Source: Acidobacteriota bacterium (lineage in GTDB: Bacteria; Acidobacteriota; CAIWXX01). From it: a DNA stretch of 64,000 nt. The position numbers were made by a program, and so were the translations under genes. This document shows, piece by piece, positions 51,176 through 58,323 of this stretch. The notes under the pieces are model-generated. The model ran no database searches, was not told the DNA's origin, and saw only the letters and a program-made list of their open reading frames with translations. Positions within the stretch are counted from its first letter, which is position 1. Every line of letters starts with the position of its first letter. The stretch spans positions 129,306-193,305 of the forward strand of contig JBFMAF010000032.1 of the NCBI GenBank assembly GCA_040755995.1, in the 5' to 3' direction.

Positions 51176-51481
51176 GCCCCTCCCGCGACCGTGCCGACGT
51201 CACAACCTCCGACACGGGAACGGAGCTCACGCATCTCCAGGCGCAGCTTCTTCACCGGCCCATTGTAGAGCCGTCACCGCCCATTAGCAACGGGCGTTTC
51301 CCTCGAGTCCGCGACAATCCGGCGCGGCGTCGATGCCCTACCCAGTTAGTTGCCGATCATGACCCTAGGCGTGGGCGGAACCGCAGACCTGAATTCCTTC
51401 ACCCACGCAAGGTCGACGCCGCCGGACCTCCGCGGTTCCCGCCCACTTGACAACAAGAGGCGGTTGAGAGACTATTGCCGC

Positions 51482-51500
51482 GATAATGATAATGAATTTC
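51482..51500 (+). promoter_or_regulatory. Fur box overlapping the promoter
   Basis: GATAATGATAATGAATTTC matches the consensus GATAATGATAATCATTATC at 16/19. TTGACA at 51447 and TTGAGA at 51464 upstream; AAAGGAG RBS downstream. Confidence 0.8.
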
Positions 51501-51525
51501 ACTTTCGAATGATGAAAGGAGACCC

Positions 51526-52368
51526 ATGTTACGACGAGCGACGAAACGATCGGGGCATCCCATCCGCCTCGGAACAGTTGCGGGCATCGCGCTGGCGATC
51601 GGGGCCTTGGACGCCGAGGCGACCGAGCGCTACTTCACGTACACGTACGAGCCGGAGACCATGCCGCAGGGTGCGGGAGAGTTAGAGCAGTGGGTGACGC
51701 TTCGGGCCGGGCGCAGCACAGAGGCCGGTGCCGAACGCTACACGCGATGGGTGATCCGCGAGGAGTTCGAGTACGGTGTGACCGATAGCTACACGGCCGC
51801 CATATATCTCAACGCAGCGAGCACATCGTATCGTGATCCGTCCAGCCGCGAGGGGCACAACGAGTTCGAGTTCGCCGGGATTTCGGTAGAGAACCGGGTG
51901 ATGGTGTTCAATCCCACGGAGCATACAGTCGGGCTGGCCCTTTATGTAGAGCCGTCGTACTCGGGGGAGGAGGCGGAGCTCGAGGAGAAGGTGATCTTCG
52001 GCCAGCGCGTGGGCGACTGGAAATGGGCGCTCAACGCCACACACGCCACTGAGTGGGATCTGTTTGACGACGAGTCCGAGGGGGAGCTGGAATTCACCTT
52101 CGGTCTGACTCGACACCTTGGAGACCATTGGTCGATCGGCTTCGAAGTCCGCAATCACAGTGATTTCCCCGGTTACGACGAGTGGGAGCATTCGGCCTTC
52201 TTCGCCGGCCCGGTGATCAGCCATCGCCGCGAGAACTGGTGGGCCGCCCTCACGATCCTTCCGCAGGTCTACGGCAAGGAGGCCCAGGATCAGGATTCCG
52301 ATGGATCCGGCACCCTCGTGCTAGACGGTCACGAACGGTTGGAGGTGCGTCTGATCCTCGGCATATAG
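51526..52368 (+). CDS. Outer-membrane beta-barrel protein (DUF6662-like)
   Basis: Signal peptide ending AEA; FTYTYEPET.PQG..ELEQW, EFEYGVTD; alternating amphipathic strands; terminal EVRLILGI. Confidence 0.7.
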   Translation: MLRRATKRSGHPIRLGTVAGIALAIGALDAEATERYFTYTYEPETMPQGAGELEQWVTLRAGRSTEAGAERYTRWVIREEFEYGVTDSYTAAIYLNAASTSYRDPSSREGHNEFEFAGISVENRVMVFNPTEHTVGLALYVEPSYSGEEAELEEKVIFGQRVGDWKWALNATHATEWDLFDDESEGELEFTFGLTRHLGDHWSIGFEVRNHSDFPGYDEWEHSAFFAGPVISHRRENWWAALTILPQVYGKEAQDQDSDGSGTLVLDGHERLEVRLILGI

Positions 52369-52376
52369 GAGGCGTC

Positions 52377-52664
52377 ATGGGATTCACCGGATTCCTCCTG
52401 ATCATGTGGCTGGCGGCCGCAGCACCCGATGACGGCGGAACCACGGCGCAGCAAGCCGACGGGGCCCGCCGATTGATGAAAGCCAAGTGCGGGCGCTGTC
52501 ACAGGCTGCACGAGCCTGCGGAGTACTCGACCGAAGAGTGGAAGCAGTGGCTGGACAAGATGCGCAAGAAGGTACCACTGACGCCCGATCAATACGACAC
52601 GCTCATGAGCAGTCACCACTCCGCTCCATCGGCTCCGGCTACCCAGACCGCGCCGTCACGATGA
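52377..52664 (+). CDS. Small monoheme c-type cytochrome
   Basis: AGGAGG RBS, signal peptide, KCGRCH heme-binding motif, W...LDKM candidate distal Met. Confidence 0.8.
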   Translation: MGFTGFLLIMWLAAAAPDDGGTTAQQADGARRLMKAKCGRCHRLHEPAEYSTEEWKQWLDKMRKKVPLTPDQYDTLMSSHHSAPSAPATQTAPSR

Positions 52665-52839
52665 CCCGTGCGTGGCGGCCCGCCGGATCGCAGCACTGAG
52701 CTACGCCATCAACGCACTCGCCGGCTCCAACTCGCCCATACGACTCGGCGGCAAACAATTTCGAGACCTGCCCGTGCCGCCGCGCGTCCTGGTAATCGAA
52801 GAGACGGTGGGCTAGAATCGCTCTTCGCTGAGGTCTAGA

Positions 52840-54879
52840 ATGAGATTACGAAGCCGGCTCGCGCTGATCCTGTTCGCTCTCGCCGTCATCCCGTTGACCG
52901 GGGTCACGGTCTACTCCTACTACACCTCCCTTCGAGCGTTTCACCGGGCTGTGGAGGCCGAGCAATGGGCGCTGGCAGATGAGGTCGGCCGGCGTCTGAC
53001 CGGCGTCACGTCCGACCTCGAGCGCAGGATCCACAAGCTCAGCGATCTGCCGTACACAGTGGTGCTGGCATCGGACCCAAAGGAACGCGACCAGTTCAAG
53101 AAGCTGCTGATGACCAGAGTCCGCGAGGAGATGGGCGGAGCCGCGGGATTTGTAGATCAGTTCGAGTTGGCTCCGGCGCCTCCCGGCGCTCCGGCTCCAC
53201 CTGCGCCAGTGGCCGGCGAGCATCAGCGCCGGACGCCAGAGCCCCCTGAGGCGGGGCACCTGCGGGTCGACACACGGGAGGCGAAGATCGCCACGACAGT
53301 CGAGGTGCTGGAAACCGGGGCTCCGGCTGCCTTTACGTTCCGCATGGATGAGCCCGAATCGGTGGTCGAGGTTGCGCCGGTGCCCGACGTGTCGGGCCTC
53401 GATGAGGAGAAAGCGAGACTTCTCCAAGAGAAGGCGCGGCATCTCGAGGAGGTGGCGCGCGTGACTCAGGAAGTGGTGAGGAGAGCACAGGAGGTGGCTG
53501 CCAGAAAAGCAGCCACAGCGGAAGAGCACAAGAAGAGGCTGGGGCGGGACTTCTCCTGCACGTTGAAGGCAGGGGAGGCGGTTGCCACGCTCCGCGCAAA
53601 CGTGCGCACGGGCGAGATCCTGCGGTCGGTGCTGTCCGCGACTGAGAGCCGCCATGACGACATCGTGTTCGCAGTCGACCCAGATGGGCAGATATACACG
53701 GCGAAGCCCGAAGACGCGGATGCCATTCGCGCGCACGCGCTCGTTCCCGCATCGACGCCGGCAGGTGGCGGCCAAACGCAGCGCCGCAGCGAAGATTGGG
53801 TCATGGTCTCACGCAAGGACGAGGCCTCGGGGCTCACGCTCGGGATCGCCCGGCCCGTGGCCGAGTCCCTGAAGGAAATCAGGCGCACCGCCGCTTGGAA
53901 CTTCGGCCTCGGGTTGGGTGTCGTCGGGCTGGCGCTGCTGGGAATCGGCCCGCTCTCAAGGAGCATGACCCGCAAACTCAGCCAGCTCGCCGAGGGCGCC
54001 GAGAAGCTGGCACATGGGGATCTGAGCGTGAGGGTTCCCGTGAGCGGCCCTGATGAGTTCGGCCGGCTATCCGAGACGTTCAACAGGATGGCGGAGGATC
54101 TGCAAGAGCATCAGCAGACGCTGCTGGAACGAGAGAGACTGAAGCGAGATCTCGAGATGTGCAGGCGGATACAGGATGAGCTCCTGCCTCACGTCGCGCT
54201 ACGCTGCCCAATCGCCGAAGTGAAAGGCGTTTCGATCCCCGCACGGGAAGTCGGCGGCGACTTCTTCAACTACTTCCAGCTGCCCGGCGGCAACATCGCG
54301 ATCCTGGTCGGCGATGTATCAGGAAAGGGCGTCTCTGCCGCGCTCATGATGGCCAACCTCCAGGCCACACTGCGCGCCAGGCTGCCGATCGAGAGAGACT
54401 TGGCCGCTCTGGCCGCGTGCCTGGACAGCGAGATCCACGCCACGACACCGCCTGAAGTGTATCTGACGCTGTTCATGGGGGTGCTGGACGTCGGCGGCCG
54501 GATGCTTCGATGGGTGAACGCCGGACACAACCCGCAGTACGTGCTGCGCGGCGGAGACGGAATCGAAGCGCTCGATTCGACAGGGAGACCCATGGGACTT
54601 CTGCCCGGCGGGACCTACGAGGAGCGCGCCGTGGAGCTCCATCCCGGCGACTCCCTGTTCCTCTACACGGATGGGCTCGTGGAGTGCGAGAACGAGGCCG
54701 GCGAAGCCTTCGGGTCGGAGCGCCTGCGTGAGGCGTTGTCGCGGGAGAGGCAGGCCGGTCTGGATGTGCTGCTGGCGCACGTCGAGGAGACCGTGCGGAG
54801 TTTCCGCGGATCAGTCGAGGCGTCCGATGATGCCACCCTGGTGATCCTGCGCGCCGGCCCGCTTACCCCAGCGGCCTGA
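52840..54879 (+). CDS. HAMP-domain SpoIIE/PP2C family phosphatase (RsbU-like)
   Basis: 2 TM helices, HAMP (DEFGRL..TFN.M), VGGDF, DVSGKG, NAGH, YTDGL, DDAT. Confidence 0.92.
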   Translation: MRLRSRLALILFALAVIPLTGVTVYSYYTSLRAFHRAVEAEQWALADEVGRRLTGVTSDLERRIHKLSDLPYTVVLASDPKERDQFKKLLMTRVREEMGGAAGFVDQFELAPAPPGAPAPPAPVAGEHQRRTPEPPEAGHLRVDTREAKIATTVEVLETGAPAAFTFRMDEPESVVEVAPVPDVSGLDEEKARLLQEKARHLEEVARVTQEVVRRAQEVAARKAATAEEHKKRLGRDFSCTLKAGEAVATLRANVRTGEILRSVLSATESRHDDIVFAVDPDGQIYTAKPEDADAIRAHALVPASTPAGGGQTQRRSEDWVMVSRKDEASGLTLGIARPVAESLKEIRRTAAWNFGLGLGVVGLALLGIGPLSRSMTRKLSQLAEGAEKLAHGDLSVRVPVSGPDEFGRLSETFNRMAEDLQEHQQTLLERERLKRDLEMCRRIQDELLPHVALRCPIAEVKGVSIPAREVGGDFFNYFQLPGGNIAILVGDVSGKGVSAALMMANLQATLRARLPIERDLAALAACLDSEIHATTPPEVYLTLFMGVLDVGGRMLRWVNAGHNPQYVLRGGDGIEALDSTGRPMGLLPGGTYEERAVELHPGDSLFLYTDGLVECENEAGEAFGSERLREALSRERQAGLDVLLAHVEETVRSFRGSVEASDDATLVILRAGPLTPAA

Positions 54880-55362
54880 GCGCCGCGAGCCGCTCGGAGA
54901 GCACCCGGCAGCGCCCGAGCAACAGGTAGCGAGTCACTCGCTTCTCGCGTATCAAAGAGACAAGCGCGGTACAGTCTGCCGGACAGCTGCCCGTGTGGAA
55001 ATTGTAGCTGCTACCAGCCGAGGCAGAATGCGAGACCCGTATCGCAAGGTCTGTTTCAGCATCCAGATCGACATTGGGAACTCTATCGAGACCGTCTGCT
55101 CGCGGGCCCGCGCAAGCGAGCTCAACAGCACCATGCGGCCTATGCCTCCAACCACACCGAACGAATTCTCCACCATCCTTCTAACCTCACGACTCGCAAG
55201 CGCGTCACCAAGAGAGTACGCATTGCGCAGCCATGTGGTTCCGATACTTGTGGGCGAGTATACGGCCCTCTCGATCTTGTCACGGGCGCGCCTCGGGAGC
55301 GGCTACCGAGCCCGTCCGGCGTTTGTGTCATGGCCCGCGACAGTTATAGAGTGAATGAAGAG

Positions 55363-58200
55363 ATGGCAGAGACGAGAACGCAGCCGGCGGCTGCGCTTGA
55401 AGCCGCACAAGAGAGGGTGCTGGAGATCGTACGGGAGCTGGCCGCCGAGATCCGGGGATATCGCGCGCTTCAAGCTGTGCGCGCCGAAGCCTCTCTCGAA
55501 CGGGACATCGGCTTCGGCAGCCTCGAACGAGTCGAGCTGATCGTGCGACTGGAGGCGGCGTTCGGGCGGGCGCTGGATGACCACTTCATCCAGATCGATA
55601 CGCCCGGCGACCTCGCGCGGGCAATCCTGGACACGGCTGAAGGCGAGCCTGCTGCATACTCCCCCGCACCCGCACAGTCGGTCGCCGAGGCGACCTTCAT
55701 CGACCTGGGCTCGACAACGATCTCCGAGGTGCTCTGGCGGCGGGCCCAAGCCGATCCCGATCGCCCGCACGTCTTCATGCGCGAAGATGACGGACACGAG
55801 GAGACGATCACATACGAGATGCTGTCGGTGGACGCGCGTGCCGTTGCCGGCGGGCTCCGTGACAGAGGTGTCGTCAAAGGTGACACGGTCGCACTGATGC
55901 TCCCCACGAGCCGCGGATTCCTCGCGGCGTTTCAGGGGATACTGATGGCCGGAGCGATCCCGGTGCCGATCTATCCGCCGATGCGATTCGACAGGCTCGA
56001 AGAGTACGCCCAGCGGCAATCTGCCATCCTTGCCGATGCCGGGGCCGTGTTGATGGTGACCATCCAGAAGGCTCTCCCCATCGCAGGGCTGCTGCGCCCG
56101 CTCGTTCCCTCCATGCGCCACGTCACTACCGTCGATGAGCTCAGGGCGACAGGAGCCCCCTGGCGCACTCCGAAGAGCGATCCGTCGGACCCGGCGCTCA
56201 TCCAATACACCTCGGGTAGCACAGGGAGCCCAAAGGGCGTACTGCTCACGCACGCCAACCTGGTGGCAAACATCAAGGCGATCGGAACGGCGGTCGAGCT
56301 ACGGCCCGACGACGTTACGGTGAGCTGGCTGCCCCTCTACCACGACATGGGCCTGATCGGATCGTGGCTCTTCTCGCTGGTCCACGGAATCCCGATCGAC
56401 GTCCAGTCGCCGATCGCTTTTCTGACGCGGCCCGAACGCTGGCTCTGGGCGCTGCACCGGCGGCGCGGTACGCTCTCGCCGGCTCCCAACTTCGCCTACG
56501 AGCTCTGCGTGAGGAAGGTACCCGATTCGGCTCTCGAAGGCCTCGATCTATCGACGTGGCGGTCGGCGCTCAACGGCGCCGAGCCGGTGAATCCGGACAC
56601 GATAGAGCGGTTCGCCCGCCGGTTCGTTCCGTGCGGCTTTCGCCGCGAGGCCTGTCTGCCGGTGTACGGTCTGGCCGAGACCTCGGTGGCTCTCTGCTTC
56701 CCGCCTGTCAACCGCCAGCCTCTGATCGATCGGGTGGACCGCGGGGACTACGAACGCGACGGGAGAGCCGAGCCGGCCGCTGCGAACGACCATCGGCCGC
56801 TGCGATTCGTCTCGGTCGGGAAGGCGCTGCCGGATCACGAAGTTCGCATTGTCGATGAAGCGGGCACGGATCTGCCCGAGCGGCACGTTGGCCGTCTCAT
56901 CTTCCGAGGCCCTTCGGTGATGCCCGGGTACTACAAGAAGCCCGAGGCCACCGCCGCAATCACCCTGCCCGGAGGATGGTTCGACAGCGGCGACCTGGCG
57001 TACCTGGCGGACGGCGAGATCTACATCGCAGGCCGGGTGAAGGACCTTATCATCAAGGCAGGCCGCAACCTGGTGCCGCAGGAAATCGAGGAAGTGGCGG
57101 CCTGTGTTGACGGTGTCCGCCGGGGATGCGTCGTTGCGTTCGGCGTAGCTCATCAAGAGACCGGCACGGAGAGTCTGGTGATCGTCGCCGAGACGCGCGC
57201 GACGGAGGCGGCCGAGTGGGAACGGATCGCCGCCGCCGTGATCAGCCACGTGGCCGGTACGATCGGTGTTCCACCGGATGTCGTGACGATGGTGCCGCCG
57301 GGATCCGTCCCGAAGACCTCCAGCGGCAAGATTCGCCGGACGGCCACGAAGGACCTGTACCTCCGCGGTGCCCTCGGGCGGCCTCCGCGCACGCCGCTTG
57401 CGACTCGGCTGCGCCTCGCGGCCGGTGTGGCGTGGGGCGAGCTGCGGCCCTGGCTGGCATTGCTGCCGCGCGGCGTCTACACCGCATATCTCGCGACCGT
57501 CCTGCCGCCGGTGGCTCTCCTCTCCTGGGCGCTGGCCTCGATCTTGCCGGGGCGGCGTTCCGTCCGCATCCTCGAACGCGTCACGTCGCGACTCGCCATG
57601 AGGCTCGCCGGTTGCAGGCTCTCGGTGGAGGGCCGAGAGAATCTGTCGATGGTGGGCCCCGTGCTTCTCGCCGTGAATCATACCTCCTACGCGGACGTCA
57701 CCTCGCTGCTGGCGCTGGTTCCCCGCCCGTTCGTGTTCGTCGCCAAGAGGGAAGTCCTCCGCTGGCCGATGGTGGCGACCTTCGTGAGACGGGCGGGGCA
57801 CCTGACGGTCGAACGTCGAGAGGTACAGCAGAGCGTTGCCGATGCCGGCCAGGTGGCTCCCGCCTTGCGCGACGGGGAAGCCGTGCTCGTCTTCCCCGAG
57901 GCGACCTTCACGGGCGCGGCGGGGCTCCGGCCGTTCCGGCTCGGCGTATTCAAGACATCCGTCGACACTGGCATTCCGATCGTCCCGATGGCCTTGCGCG
58001 GCGTGCGCCACGTGCTGCCGGAAGGGCGTTGGATTCCGCGGCCGGGGAGAGTCCATCTGTGGATCGGGCGTCCAGTTGCTCCCAACGGGACTGATTTCGC
58101 AGCCATGCTGGCTCTGCGGGACCAGGTCAGCGCGGAGATCGCGGCGCACTGCGGTGAGCCCGTGTTGGACCTGGTGGTCGGCGGCCCTAAGAAATCGTGA
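55363..58200 (+). CDS. ACP - fatty acyl-AMP ligase - PlsC-type acyltransferase fusion
   Basis: N-terminal ACP (IGFGSLERVEL); FAAL (QYTSGST, WLPLYHDMGLIG, KTSSGK); C-terminal NHTSYAD (HX4D) and FPEAT. Alternative start 55330. Confidence 0.9.
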   Translation: MAETRTQPAAALEAAQERVLEIVRELAAEIRGYRALQAVRAEASLERDIGFGSLERVELIVRLEAAFGRALDDHFIQIDTPGDLARAILDTAEGEPAAYSPAPAQSVAEATFIDLGSTTISEVLWRRAQADPDRPHVFMREDDGHEETITYEMLSVDARAVAGGLRDRGVVKGDTVALMLPTSRGFLAAFQGILMAGAIPVPIYPPMRFDRLEEYAQRQSAILADAGAVLMVTIQKALPIAGLLRPLVPSMRHVTTVDELRATGAPWRTPKSDPSDPALIQYTSGSTGSPKGVLLTHANLVANIKAIGTAVELRPDDVTVSWLPLYHDMGLIGSWLFSLVHGIPIDVQSPIAFLTRPERWLWALHRRRGTLSPAPNFAYELCVRKVPDSALEGLDLSTWRSALNGAEPVNPDTIERFARRFVPCGFRREACLPVYGLAETSVALCFPPVNRQPLIDRVDRGDYERDGRAEPAAANDHRPLRFVSVGKALPDHEVRIVDEAGTDLPERHVGRLIFRGPSVMPGYYKKPEATAAITLPGGWFDSGDLAYLADGEIYIAGRVKDLIIKAGRNLVPQEIEEVAACVDGVRRGCVVAFGVAHQETGTESLVIVAETRATEAAEWERIAAAVISHVAGTIGVPPDVVTMVPPGSVPKTSSGKIRRTATKDLYLRGALGRPPRTPLATRLRLAAGVAWGELRPWLALLPRGVYTAYLATVLPPVALLSWALASILPGRRSVRILERVTSRLAMRLAGCRLSVEGRENLSMVGPVLLAVNHTSYADVTSLLALVPRPFVFVAKREVLRWPMVATFVRRAGHLTVERREVQQSVADAGQVAPALRDGEAVLVFPEATFTGAAGLRPFRLGVFKTSVDTGIPIVPMALRGVRHVLPEGRWIPRPGRVHLWIGRPVAPNGTDFAAMLALRDQVSAEIAAHCGEPVLDLVVGGPKKS

Positions 58201-58257
58201 TCGCGCGGGCGCACATGCGCGGTGCTCCCGGCGGCGGTGAGCCCTCGCATCGGCTGT

Positions 58258-58287
58258 TTGACATCCCCAGTGCCAAGCGAATACAAG
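58258..58287 (+). promoter_or_regulatory. Putative sigma70 promoter of the Clp-RF gene
   Basis: TTGACA-18 bp-TACAAG; favours a start at ATG 58324/58327 over GTG 58222. Confidence 0.4.
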
Positions 58288-58323
58288 AATGCTGCGAGTA
58301 CCGAACGAATTCCCGGGAAACTG

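Noticed and set aside
54880..55330. Possible ncRNA or small gene in a ~450-bp gap
   Set aside because: No recognisable RNA motif, and the candidate ORFs have no convincing RBS or motif. Left unannotated.
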